Assembly: GCA_963770895.1 (NCBI GenBank)
Contig: CAVYRF010000002.1
Span: 384,001 to 448,000, forward strand
Length of the DNA stretch: 64,000 nucleotides
Direction: 5' to 3'
Source: an uncultured Acidobacteriota bacterium
GTDB lineage: Bacteria; Acidobacteriota; Thermoanaerobaculia; Multivoradales; UBA5704
In this document: in pieces, positions 36,082-46,024 of the stretch
How positions within the stretch are numbered: position 1 is the first letter of the stretch
Layout: each line of letters opens with the position of its first letter
Translations under genes and position numbers: made by a program
Notes under the pieces: model-generated
Told to the model about the DNA's origin: nothing
Seen by the model: the letters and a program-made list of their open reading frames with translations, nothing else
Databases searched by the model: none

Positions 36082-37884
36082 ATGCTGCTCGCGGACTCTC
36101 GGCGTCTCACCGGCCGCAACCTCCTGCTGCGCGAGCCGGGAGCGGTCATCGAAGTCGTGGCGGAGCCCGCCGAAGCCCACGCCCTGGCGGCGGCAACGGC
36201 GGAGTGGCAGCGGCAGGCACGCCGCATGCTGGACGCGGTGGGCTGGCGCGGCCAGCAGATCCACGTGCGCCCGTTCCGCGGTGGCATCAGCCTGGCGCTG
36301 AGCGCGCCGATCGACGCCCTCTACACCGCGACCGAGCTCAACGAATGGGCCTGGGAGGCCGCCGTCCTCGCCACCGGCGGCGCCGCCGCCGCAACCGCCG
36401 CGGCGCACGGCGCGGCCCCTGACGCGCGCGGAGCCGGCCCCACCAGCGCCGCCGTGGCGTCGGATCGCGCCGCCTTCGCCGCCGCCGCCGACCGGCTGCG
36501 CGCCGCCATCGCCCGCGAAAGCGACCCGGCGCTGCTCGACCTGCGCGACGCCGCGGCGCGCCACGGCGTCGCGTTCCTGGCCGACGACGACCGCGCCACC
36601 GTCGGCCTGGGCGCCGGCTCGCGCACCTGGCCGCGCGACCAGCTGCCGCCGCCGGCCGCCGTCGAGTGGCGGGCGGTGCACGACATCCCGGTGGCCCTGG
36701 TCACCGGCACCAACGGCAAGACCACCACCACGCGCGCCACCGCCGCCATCCTGGCCGCGGCCGGCCACCGCGTCGGCGTCACCTCCACCGACGGGATCGC
36801 GGTCGGCGGCGACACCCTGGACGTCGGCGACTACTCCGGCCCCGGCGGCGCCCGCACCCTGCTGCGCGACACCCGCGTCCAAGCCGCGGTCCTGGAAACC
36901 GCGCGCGGCGGCCTGCTGCGCCGCGGCCTGGCCCTCGAGCGCGCCACCGCCGCCGCGGTCACCAACATCGCCGACGACCACCTGGGCGCCTACGGCATCG
37001 ACGACCTGGCCGGCCTGGCAGAGGCCAAGCTCCTGGTCACCCAGGCCGTGGTCCCGGACGGCCGGGCGGTGCTCAACGCCGACGACCCCGAGCTGGCCGC
37101 GCGCGGCAGCCAGGGCCCGGCACCGGTCACCTGGTTCAGCCTCGACCCTCACCGCGCCGCGCAACGCGACCTCGCCGCGCACCGCGCCGCGGGCGGCGAC
37201 GCGGTGTTCCTGGAAGGCGGCCAGCTCCTCCTGGCCCGCGGCGGCCAGCCCCCGCAGCTGGTGGCGCCGGCAACCGCCGTGCCCATCGCCTTCGGCGGCG
37301 CGGCGCGCCACAACGTCGCCAACGCCCTGGCCGCGATCGGCCTCGCCGCCGCCATGGGCGCCCCCATCGCCGCCATGGCCCAAGGCCTGGCCTCCCTGCG
37401 CGGCGACGACGACACCGGCGGCGGCAATCCGGGACGCGGCCATCTGATCGAGATCGACGGCTTTCACGCCCTCCTCGACTACGCCCACAACCCGCACGGC
37501 CTGGCCGCCCTGGTCGACTTTGCCGCCACCATCCCCGCCACCCGCCGCCTCATCATCCTCGGTCAGGCCGGCGACCGCGACGACGAATCCCTCCGCCGCC
37601 TGGCCCAGACCGCCTGGACTCTGCACCCCGACCACGTCATCATCAAAGAGCTGACCGCCATGCTCCGCGGCCGCCTTCCCGGCGAGGTTCCCGCCCTCCT
37701 CGAAACCGAGCTGCTGCGCCTGGGCGCCCGCCGCGAAACCCTCACCCACGCCGCCAACGAAGTCGAAGCCGTCCGCCAAGCCCTGGCCTGGGCCCGCCCC
37801 GGCGACCTCCTGCTCCTCCTCATCCACAAGCAGCGCGATGAAGCCCTCGCCATCCTCAACGACCGCCGCCGCGGCTGGGCGTAG
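36082..37884 (+). CDS. CphA-like Mur ligase protein lacking the ATP-grasp domain
   Basis: SRRLTGRNL N-terminus, TGTNGKTTT, LETARGG, DHLG, LNADD, PGRG, DYAHNPHG, GDRDD; no ATP-grasp motifs. Confidence 0.8.
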   Translation: MLLADSRRLTGRNLLLREPGAVIEVVAEPAEAHALAAATAEWQRQARRMLDAVGWRGQQIHVRPFRGGISLALSAPIDALYTATELNEWAWEAAVLATGGAAAATAAAHGAAPDARGAGPTSAAVASDRAAFAAAADRLRAAIARESDPALLDLRDAAARHGVAFLADDDRATVGLGAGSRTWPRDQLPPPAAVEWRAVHDIPVALVTGTNGKTTTTRATAAILAAAGHRVGVTSTDGIAVGGDTLDVGDYSGPGGARTLLRDTRVQAAVLETARGGLLRRGLALERATAAAVTNIADDHLGAYGIDDLAGLAEAKLLVTQAVVPDGRAVLNADDPELAARGSQGPAPVTWFSLDPHRAAQRDLAAHRAAGGDAVFLEGGQLLLARGGQPPQLVAPATAVPIAFGGAARHNVANALAAIGLAAAMGAPIAAMAQGLASLRGDDDTGGGNPGRGHLIEIDGFHALLDYAHNPHGLAALVDFAATIPATRRLIILGQAGDRDDESLRRLAQTAWTLHPDHVIIKELTAMLRGRLPGEVPALLETELLRLGARRETLTHAANEVEAVRQALAWARPGDLLLLLIHKQRDEALAILNDRRRGWA

Positions 37885-38172
37885 GAATCCCGCCGGCCGC
37901 TCGCGCCTACGTCTCAGGACGTTGCCCCATCTCCGGCGCGGAGTGCATCCGCGCTTGGCTCCACTCCCCAACGCCAGCGCGAATCGGCGACGATTGCACA
38001 CGCTGATTCGTACATCAGGCAAGAAACATCGTAGAATCGCGGATACCCGCGGCACCTATCTGCGCTTTCGGGGGAAGGCAATGCCGGAAGTCACTTCTGG
38101 TCGGCCGAATTCCAGGCGCTTCCTGCTGCAGGTGGCGCGATTCAACTCGGCAAAAAGGAGTTGGCTGAAACC

Positions 38173-38973
38173 ATGAGACAAAGCGCTGTCGTCCTCATCA
38201 CCGGCCTCTATCTCGTCGGCGCCGGCTCGGCTCGCCTCGGCGCCGCCGATCCTGGAATCACCAGCGCAAGCAAGGACGCCATCCTCAAGACCCTGGCGGC
38301 GGATCCGGACGTGGTATGGATCGACGCCGCGAAGACACAGCCGATGTTCATTCCTGAGCGTCTGCTCAACACCACGGTGCCATTGGATCAGTTGCCCATT
38401 GGGTCCTCAGAGTTGCGAGACATCCACGTCATGCTCAATCCTCCGGCAAAAGCCGGCGGCTCCGGCGCTCCGATCTGCCGCTGGATGTCAATGCTGGGAA
38501 TCGGCCCTCTCAAGTACAGCGATACCCTCTCGATCGACGGCCACTTCGAAAAGAATGGCTTGCAGGTGATTGGCCGGGTGACGAATGTTGAAACCGGCTT
38601 GTTCTTCTGGCCGCAGAACGTCGCCTCGATGGTGCAAGTACAGGTCGAGGAGGTGGTGCGCGACGATTGGAAGCTCGCGCAAACTAGAACTGAGATGCGC
38701 TTTTACATTCTTGGCGGCTCGCTGAACATCGATGGATCGGTGATGTGCACCAGGAGCGCAGATCCGCCCTTCCATGCTATAGTGGGGCAGCGCCTATATA
38801 TCTTTGGGTTACCTTTTCCGTCAGACCCCCGCCTGATCGACGGAGCCGTCCCTTTCGTTGTGTCAGGCGATCAGTTGCTTGATGTCGGCTACGACCAGGT
38901 ACCCGCATTCAAGCCAATCACCCTGGAAGAAGCGCGGCAGCGCGCCCACAAGGCGGCTGCCAATGTTCACTAG
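38173..38973 (+). CDS. Secreted hypothetical protein resembling a metzincin-associated N-terminal (OB/TIMP-like) domain
   Basis: Signal peptide, AAGGAG upstream; VIGRV...VQVEEVVR...ILGG...VGQRLYIF pattern; overlaps the next gene. Confidence 0.55.
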   Translation: MRQSAVVLITGLYLVGAGSARLGAADPGITSASKDAILKTLAADPDVVWIDAAKTQPMFIPERLLNTTVPLDQLPIGSSELRDIHVMLNPPAKAGGSGAPICRWMSMLGIGPLKYSDTLSIDGHFEKNGLQVIGRVTNVETGLFFWPQNVASMVQVQVEEVVRDDWKLAQTRTEMRFYILGGSLNIDGSVMCTRSADPPFHAIVGQRLYIFGLPFPSDPRLIDGAVPFVVSGDQLLDVGYDQVPAFKPITLEEARQRAHKAAANVH

Positions 38974-41245
38974 GAGGCTCCTTTCGCTAGCGGCCCTGTG
39001 GGTGTTTGCAGGTACACCCGCAGTTGGACAGACCTGCTCCGCTGGTCGAAATCCGGACACAGAATTCCCCTTCTTCGGCAATACGGACCCCAATCTCGGA
39101 CTGCCGACGTCTAGCGTTACGATCTTTCCAAATGCTGCGGCAGCGTCGAGCTCTGCCCTCCAGAGCACGACGACCAGCGCCGCTGCGGCCTGGAACCAGA
39201 GCTGCCCCCAGTCTTCCTATCCAAATATCCCTGCGTTCAACACCAATTGGGGAGCTCAGGCTCCGCCTTCTTCGTTCGCCGCGAGCCACAACGACCTTGA
39301 AATCGACTACCTTTCGACCACGCCGGCGGCTGCCAATGCGAACGGCACGTACACGACGGCGCTGTGGACGGGGGGCGGCTCGTCAAGCACCACTACGCCT
39401 TCAGTGATTCAGGTTTACGGTCTATGCCCACCAAAGTTGAGCATCCCGGGCCTGTGCACCAACGGCGGCCCCATCTCCTGGACCGGCCCCACCGCACTTG
39501 CCGTCCTTGAGCACGAGATCGGCCACGCGTTGGGGCTCGACCACGACCGGACGACCGACGGGTCGGGCAACACCTGCCCGACCAACGGCGTGATGGAGTC
39601 GTCACCCAGCGCCGGCGCCCTGATCCTGGCCTCGTACTGCATGCTGGCGAACCGCGAGAACAACGACAAGGATGTGTGCAACGACCGCAAGCCGACCTCC
39701 AACCAGACGAACCCGTGCGAGAGCGATCCACCGCCGAGCAGCCAAGGAGGCGGGCCGGGCAACCTGGGCCTGGGCTCGAACAAGGACTGGTGCGTCGCCT
39801 ACGCCTGGGACTGCACCATGAATTCGAGCCCGGATTGGACGCAGACCTGCGCCTACTACTGCACCACCACGACCGACTCCACCGGCGAGATCATCTCGTC
39901 CGGATGCACCTGGAACTGCGACAGTGATGAGGAAGAAGAGGCGAATACCGATCTGGCGGGGCCCACGCTTTCGGTCACCTCGCCCTCGTCCGACCAGACC
40001 GTCTCGGGCATCATCAACCTGACCGGTTGGGCCATGCAGTATTTCGCTCCCGCGACGATCACCCTGGGCGTGGACGGCAACCAGGTGAGCATCGGCAACC
40101 TGGTGCGCGGGCTCCCCTCACCCGCGGCGTGCACGGCGCCGGCCGGCGTGGAACACTACCTTTGCAACACGAACAGCGGTTTCACCGGTACCTTCGATAC
40201 CCGCACGCTGAGCAACGGCAGCCACACCCTGGACGTGCTGGCGGGCACGTCGATCGGCTGGTCCACCAGCATGGAGATCTCGCTGGTAACCGCCAACACC
40301 TGCTTCGACATGGTACCGCCGACGATTTCCTTATCGGCGCCGGCGGCGGGAGCGAGCGTCACCGGAACAGTATCGGTCACCGCGGCGGCGGCGGACAACG
40401 TGGCGGTGGGACAGGTGGCGTTCTACGTCGACGGCCAGATCGCCAAGGTGGTGACGGCCGCACCGTGGGTGTGGTCCTGGGATACCAGCGCGTATTCGCC
40501 GGGCACTCACATCCTGTATGCGGTGGCGACGGACACCTGCAACAACTCGACCGGCGCCAGGACGGTGGCAGTGAACGTGGTGCCGACGATCCGCATGTAC
40601 GTCGATCAGCCCACTTCCGGTTCGACGGTGACGGGCAACGCAGTCTACATGTTGGGTTGGGCGACGGATACCGCCGGCATCGCGTCGATCACCTTCACCG
40701 TGGACGGCATGGGCAGCCTGCCTGTCACCACTCCCTACACCTATGGCCTGAACCGCCCGGACGTCTGCGCCGCCTATCCGGGCAACCCTGCCTGTCCGTA
40801 CGTCGGCTGGGGCGTCGTCTTCGACTCGACACAGATGGCCAACGGCGCCCACACCCTCCGGGCCACCGCCACCGACCATGACGGGCAGACGATCACCTTT
40901 ACCCTTCCCATCGTGGTCTCGAACGCAATGCCGCCGGTGGTATCGATGGTGTGGATGGCGCCGGCGGCCGCTGCCGGCTTCGGTCCGGCCGGCAGCCTGG
41001 TTGTCGCCGGCGACGCTTCGGGAGCGCCCGCGGGCACCGGCGTCCAAGTCTACTGGCGGGATGTCACCGCGGGCGGCCCCTGGACGCTGCTCAGCTACAC
41101 GGCGCCAGTTACCAACGGCTCGTGGGCCAATTCGATCGCCAACGCCAACGACTCGCACGAGTACGCGGCCTACGCAACCTACGGCGGCAGCACCTCCTCC
41201 ACCTGCACCTATCCGGGATCCAACGCCACGTTCTGGTGCCCCTAG
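38963..41245 (+). CDS. Secreted metzincin metalloprotease with bacterial Ig-like repeats
   Basis: Signal peptide; HEIGHALGLDH with Met-turn GVME; three Ig-like repeats ending NGxHTL/PGTHIL. Confidence 0.85.
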   Translation: MFTRRLLSLAALWVFAGTPAVGQTCSAGRNPDTEFPFFGNTDPNLGLPTSSVTIFPNAAAASSSALQSTTTSAAAAWNQSCPQSSYPNIPAFNTNWGAQAPPSSFAASHNDLEIDYLSTTPAAANANGTYTTALWTGGGSSSTTTPSVIQVYGLCPPKLSIPGLCTNGGPISWTGPTALAVLEHEIGHALGLDHDRTTDGSGNTCPTNGVMESSPSAGALILASYCMLANRENNDKDVCNDRKPTSNQTNPCESDPPPSSQGGGPGNLGLGSNKDWCVAYAWDCTMNSSPDWTQTCAYYCTTTTDSTGEIISSGCTWNCDSDEEEEANTDLAGPTLSVTSPSSDQTVSGIINLTGWAMQYFAPATITLGVDGNQVSIGNLVRGLPSPAACTAPAGVEHYLCNTNSGFTGTFDTRTLSNGSHTLDVLAGTSIGWSTSMEISLVTANTCFDMVPPTISLSAPAAGASVTGTVSVTAAAADNVAVGQVAFYVDGQIAKVVTAAPWVWSWDTSAYSPGTHILYAVATDTCNNSTGARTVAVNVVPTIRMYVDQPTSGSTVTGNAVYMLGWATDTAGIASITFTVDGMGSLPVTTPYTYGLNRPDVCAAYPGNPACPYVGWGVVFDSTQMANGAHTLRATATDHDGQTITFTLPIVVSNAMPPVVSMVWMAPAAAAGFGPAGSLVVAGDASGAPAGTGVQVYWRDVTAGGPWTLLSYTAPVTNGSWANSIANANDSHEYAAYATYGGSTSSTCTYPGSNATFWCP

Positions 41246-41270
41246 ACAGACTAGATATCCCCGGTCCCCC

Positions 41271-43802
41271 ATGGGAGAATCCCCGGCTCGGCCGGGGTTC
41301 TCCCGGCAACGGGAGCCCGCCTTGCCGGGTTGGAAGCTCATCCTGTACTGCCTGACGGCGCTCGGTTGCATGCAGAGCGCCGTTTGGCTGTTGGCGAGGG
41401 GGCTCCGCCTCAGGCTGGAGCGGCGCGCCGTGCTGCTCGGTCTGGCGCTGCCGCTGGCGATGCTGGCACCGTGGCTTCCCGGCGGCGAAGTCCTGGCGCC
41501 GACCGGCGTGCTCGACGGCGCCCTGCCGGGATTGCAGGCCGACGCCGCGCATCGCACCCACCTGGTGCTGAGCGACGCGATCCTGCAATTCGTGCCGTGG
41601 GAGCTCGAAGTTCGCCGCGCCTTCGGCAGCTTTCGCCTGCCGCTCTGGTCCGACCGCCTCGACGGCGGCAGCTCGCCGTGGCTCAATCCGCAGGCCGCGG
41701 TGCTCTCGCCGATCGCGCTGCTGGCGCGGCCGGCGCCGATCGCCGGCTTCTTCCTCATCTGCCTGGCGCTCAAGATCCTTCTCAGCTGCGAGGGGACGTG
41801 GCTCCTGGCGCGGCGCCTGGGCAGGACGCGTTGGGCGAGCCTCCTGGCGGCGGCCAGCTTCGCCTTGGGCGGCGGGGTGATGTCCTGGGCGCTCTTCCCG
41901 CACAGCGCAACCGTGGCCTGGGTGCCCTGGCTCGCACTGGCGGCCATCGCTCTCACCCGCCACCCGTCGCGGCGCTCGATTGCCACCGGCGGCCTCATCG
42001 TGGCGGCGCTGCTGCTCTCCGGCCATCCCGAGACGGCGGCCGCGGGCGGCCTCTTCGCCGCGGTATGCGGCGTGGGGTTGCGGCGGCGCCGAACCGGTTG
42101 GACACGCAGCCTGTCCGCCGCCTCCGCCGCCGCGCTCCTCGGCCTGGGATTGGCGGCACCCCAAATCGTGCCCTTCGTCGAGGCACTGGCGGATTCGCAG
42201 CGGGCGCGCGACATGGCGGGAGCGCTCATACCGCCGCACGGCTTCCACCTGCTGCAACCCGCGAGCTGGTTCCTGCACGCGTGGTTTCCCTACTTGCGCG
42301 CGCCGATCAATCCACGCGCCTTTGGCCTGCCTTACGACGAGGCAACTTTTCGCGGGCCGCTCAACTGGGTGGATTCGTCGAGCGGCTACACCGGCCTGGT
42401 CGCCTTCGCCGGCGCCGCGGTCGCCCTGCTGGCGATTCGCGACCGCCGGGTGCGCCCGTTCCTCGGCTTCGCCGCGGTGGCGCTCCTCCTCACGGCGGGT
42501 TTTCTGCCGCTGGCGCACCTCCTCTTCCGCATCCCGCTCCTGCGCATCCCGGCCTGGTCACGGCTGGTGCCGGTGACCTGCCTCGCCCTCTCGGTCGCCG
42601 GCGCCTTCGGCTGCGATCTGCTGCTGCGCCCCGGCCGGCGCCGCCTGGGCGTGGCGCTGGCGCTTGGCGCCGCCGCCGCAATCAGCTTGAGCGCCGGCCC
42701 CGTGCCGCAGGTGTTCCTGCTTTGGGGCCTGGTGGCAGCGAGCGCGGCCATCGCCGCCAGCGCCAGCGCCGAAGCTCTCACCGCCAGCCCCAGCGCCAAA
42801 GCCGCCCTCGGACGCGCCGGCCGCGGCGGTGGCAGCCTGACCAATGCCACCGCGCGGCGGCGCTGGGGGGCGCTGCTCCTGCTGGCCGCGGTGGGGCTGG
42901 ACCTGGTTCCCTGGTCCCGGCGTCTGTTGCCGCGCGGACAGCCGGACCTTTTCTTTCCGCCGAACCTGCTGACCGCGCGGCTGCAGCACCTTGCGCCGGC
43001 TGCAACGTGGCGCACCGTGGGCGCGGATCTCCTGGTCTATCCATCGCTCCTGCCGGCCTACGGACTCGCCGACATACGGCCCAACAACGTCATGGCGCCG
43101 GCGCCGCAGCTGCGCGTGCTCGCCGCCGCTTTCGGCTTCGACCCGACCGCGACCAACTATTACGCGGCGTTCCCCCGTTTCGACCATCCCCTGCTGTCTT
43201 TCCTCAACGTGCGGTGCGTCGTGACCCGGCAGCAGCCGCAGGACCCGCGCGCCGCCCGCCTGGTGACGATTCCCGCGCCGAGGCTGCGGCCGTTCACGCT
43301 CCTGCTCAATCCGCGCGCGCTGCCGCGGTGGTTCCTGCCCACGGACGTGGACCTGGTCGAGCCCGCGGCCCTCGACGCCTGGATTGCCCGCATGTCGGAT
43401 CCCGCCCGCGTCGCGGTGTTCCCGGCGGAGGCCCGCGGGCTACGCCTGGCGCCGCGCACCGGACCGCCAGCAGCGGCCCGGTTGCTTCGCTGCGGCTCGG
43501 GCCATCTGGAGCTCGAGGTGCCGGGCCAGGGCGAGCGCCTGCTGGCCACGTCGCTGCCGCTGCCGGCAGGGTGGTCCGCCACGGCGACCGACGGCCGGCG
43601 GTTGCGGCCGCTCACCATCGACGGCGCATTTCTCGGCATCGTCGTCCCCGCCGGCAGCTCGCGCCTCACCCTCGACTTTGCGCCGCCCGGTTTTGGCGTG
43701 GGACTCGCCGGATTTGCCGCCGCCGTGGCCGCGCTCCTGGCCATGGCCGCCGCGCCACGACCTCACCTTGACGCGCCGCGCCCTCTTACAGTGGATACCT
43801 GA
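41271..43802 (+). CDS. YfhO-like GT-C type membrane protein
   Basis: DAILQFVPW, PLWS...GGSSPWLNPQ..LSP, SGHPE, many TM segments, C-terminal GW...DG...FLGIVVPAG...LDFAP. Confidence 0.75.
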   Translation: MGESPARPGFSRQREPALPGWKLILYCLTALGCMQSAVWLLARGLRLRLERRAVLLGLALPLAMLAPWLPGGEVLAPTGVLDGALPGLQADAAHRTHLVLSDAILQFVPWELEVRRAFGSFRLPLWSDRLDGGSSPWLNPQAAVLSPIALLARPAPIAGFFLICLALKILLSCEGTWLLARRLGRTRWASLLAAASFALGGGVMSWALFPHSATVAWVPWLALAAIALTRHPSRRSIATGGLIVAALLLSGHPETAAAGGLFAAVCGVGLRRRRTGWTRSLSAASAAALLGLGLAAPQIVPFVEALADSQRARDMAGALIPPHGFHLLQPASWFLHAWFPYLRAPINPRAFGLPYDEATFRGPLNWVDSSSGYTGLVAFAGAAVALLAIRDRRVRPFLGFAAVALLLTAGFLPLAHLLFRIPLLRIPAWSRLVPVTCLALSVAGAFGCDLLLRPGRRRLGVALALGAAAAISLSAGPVPQVFLLWGLVAASAAIAASASAEALTASPSAKAALGRAGRGGGSLTNATARRRWGALLLLAAVGLDLVPWSRRLLPRGQPDLFFPPNLLTARLQHLAPAATWRTVGADLLVYPSLLPAYGLADIRPNNVMAPAPQLRVLAAAFGFDPTATNYYAAFPRFDHPLLSFLNVRCVVTRQQPQDPRAARLVTIPAPRLRPFTLLLNPRALPRWFLPTDVDLVEPAALDAWIARMSDPARVAVFPAEARGLRLAPRTGPPAAARLLRCGSGHLELEVPGQGERLLATSLPLPAGWSATATDGRRLRPLTIDGAFLGIVVPAGSSRLTLDFAPPGFGVGLAGFAAAVAALLAMAAAPRPHLDAPRPLTVDT

Positions 43803-45135
43803 GCCCGACCTGCTCCCAGAGGAAGTGCCAGCTGGGGGGCTCCAGCCCCTGGTCGCGCGTCATGCTCTGGGTGTGGCGCTCGTAGTCCTTGAGCAGCTCC
43901 GTGACCTTCGCTCGGCCGGCGGCCGTGCGCACGGCCTGGCGCGGGGTGAGGCCGCCCAGGGCGGGCACGGGCTCGTCCGCCCAGTGACGGTAGAGCTCTT
44001 CGTGGACCTCCTGGGAAAGCTGGATCGGCGGCGAAGCCGGTTGCGCGGGTCCCGCCGCCGCCCGCCGCTCCAGGGCCGCCAGCGGATCGGTCAGCTCTCG
44101 CATCCGGTGCACCAGCGCATGGCCGGCGACGCGCTGCAGCCAGGCGGCTCCCTGGTCCGCCCCCTGGCGGGTGGTGGCAAACGCTTCGAGGCGATCGGCC
44201 GTCTTGCCGAGATTGAGGGCGAGCCGCGAGCGCCGCAACGCCGGCCTGCCAGGGCCGCCCTGCTCGAACCACACCCAACCGTGCTCGCGATCGCCCTGGA
44301 CGTCGGGCAGGAGGGCGAGGGCCGCCGCAAGCTGCTCCCAATCCGTGACGTCGTAATGGTCGGTGACCAGGAGCATCGGCTCGCCGGAACCGGCGTCGAC
44401 CATCCTGGGCAGCTCCGCCGGCGGGTCGGTCAGCCGATGCAGCCATGCGGCGATGACCGGCGCGCTCGGCCGGCCGCCGGCGCGCTCGACCTGGCGCACG
44501 GCCCGGCGAAGCGCCGGCAGCTTGTCGCGCTGGATCGAGTACACGGCGCCGCTCACCTGCAGTTCTTCGCCGACCGGGATGAGCCGCGCGCCGAGGATCT
44601 CCCAGCGGTCCAGGCTTTGCGACGCTGAGCGCTCGCGGACCCACAGCCGCGGCGACCTGGCGGCGAAGGCGTCCCGGACCCATAGCCCCTCACCGGGCAC
44701 CACGTCCTGCACCTCGTAAACCCGCAGTGGATGAGCGGCCAGGGCCTCGATCCATCGCCGCACCTCAGCCACGAACAGCGGCCCACCGGAACCCAGCACC
44801 AGGTCCACGATGCGCCGGGGCTCTCCGCGCGCCACCACCGTGCCCTCGGCAAGCAACCATTCGTTGAGATTGCTCTGGACCATGGCAAGCAGCTCCTCCG
44901 GCAGCTCCGCCAGGCGGCCCTTCCGCTCGTCGCTCTGATCGCCCTCGTCGATCGCGGCGAAAAATTCACCGACGGCACGCCCCAACGCCTTGCGGTGGCG
45001 CTGCCCGAGCCACTCGATCGCCACGGCGACCCCGTCGCCGCGCGATTGCGACCTGCGCTCTTCGTGCCGCAGGCAGCAGTGCTTGTACTTCTTGCCGCTG
45101 CCACAGGGGCAGGGTTCGTTGCGGCCGATCCTCAT
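43786..45135 (-). CDS. SEC-C motif protein with C-terminal MbcA/ParS-like domain
   Basis: IGRNEPCPCGSGKKYKHCC; W.DEPVPALGGLTPRQA. Confidence 0.8.
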   Translation of the reverse strand: MRIGRNEPCPCGSGKKYKHCCLRHEERRSQSRGDGVAVAIEWLGQRHRKALGRAVGEFFAAIDEGDQSDERKGRLAELPEELLAMVQSNLNEWLLAEGTVVARGEPRRIVDLVLGSGGPLFVAEVRRWIEALAAHPLRVYEVQDVVPGEGLWVRDAFAARSPRLWVRERSASQSLDRWEILGARLIPVGEELQVSGAVYSIQRDKLPALRRAVRQVERAGGRPSAPVIAAWLHRLTDPPAELPRMVDAGSGEPMLLVTDHYDVTDWEQLAAALALLPDVQGDREHGWVWFEQGGPGRPALRRSRLALNLGKTADRLEAFATTRQGADQGAAWLQRVAGHALVHRMRELTDPLAALERRAAAGPAQPASPPIQLSQEVHEELYRHWADEPVPALGGLTPRQAVRTAAGRAKVTELLKDYERHTQSMTRDQGLEPPSWHFLWEQVGLRYPL

Positions 45136-45142
45136 GCGGGGG

Positions 45143-45490
45143 TTAGGAAGCCGAGGAGGCGGCCAGCGGCTCGACCTGGACCGCGGTGCCGTAGCACAGG
45201 ACTTCGGTGACGCCGTTCATGACTTCGTTGGCGTCGTAGCGCATGCCGATGATGGCGTTGGCGCCGTGGCGCTCGGCGTGCTGGACCATGAGGTCGTAGG
45301 CTTCGGCGCGCGTTTTTTCGCACAGCTCGATAAACAGGGTGATGTTGCCGCCGACCAGGGTCTGCAGGGTGCCGCCCAGAGTGCCCAGGATGGAGCGCGA
45401 GCGGACCGTGATGCCGCGGACGATGCCGATGGTGTGGACGGTTTTGTAGCCGTCGATCTGCAGGCCGGTGGTGACCATGCCGTGGTTCAT
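45143..45490 (-). CDS. YbjQ/UPF0145 family protein
   Basis: GIVRGITVRSRS...GGNI...GANAIIGMRYD...EVLCYGTAV. Confidence 0.92.
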   Translation of the reverse strand: MNHGMVTTGLQIDGYKTVHTIGIVRGITVRSRSILGTLGGTLQTLVGGNITLFIELCEKTRAEAYDLMVQHAERHGANAIIGMRYDANEVMNGVTEVLCYGTAVQVEPLAASSAS

Positions 45491-45528
45491 TGTGTGCTCC
45501 TGTCCCCCGCGCACTGGCGCGGCGGCGG

Positions 45529-45982
45529 TCAGACTTCGTTCGAGTCGCAGCCGGCCTCGGGCCGCGGCAGGTGAGCCTCGCGAGCGCGCGCCTGGTGCTC
45601 GACGCGATAGGCGTCCCGCTTGGGGCCGCCGTGGCTCTCGTCGTCCGAGGCGAGGTTGAATTTGTGCAGGAAGCGGTGGATCACAGGCGCGAACAGCACC
45701 CCCGCGAGCACCAGAAAGCCGATCCCCGAAAACAGCGCGTACGCCGACGCGAACAGCTTGCCGGCAACGGTATGCAGCTCGCCGACCGGTCCCATGCCGC
45801 CCAGGATCATCGACGCGTTGAGCAGCGAATCGAACGTAGGACATCCCTTCCAGCTGGCGGTAGCCGACCACCCCGACCAGCAGCGAGCCGGCGACAAAGG
45901 CCAGCGCGAACATCGTGTGCCGCAGCATCCGTCGCGCGAAAACTCGCCGCGACGCAAGTTCGTCCCATTTGCGCTCGAACAT
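45529..45982 (-). pseudogene. Small K+-channel-like membrane protein, frameshifted near 45833
   Basis: The N-half (...VGYRQLEGMSYV) and C-half (DSLLNASMILGGMGPV...FASAYALFSG) are in different frames; removing one T restores YVDSLL. Confidence 0.7.
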
Positions 45983-46024
45983 GACCCGGTCATTGTATCC
46001 GGGTCCGCCAACCCCCAGGCGCCC

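Noticed and set aside
38045-38065. Possible sigma54 promoter GGCAC...TGC
   Set aside because: GG-to-GC spacing is 9, not the required 10
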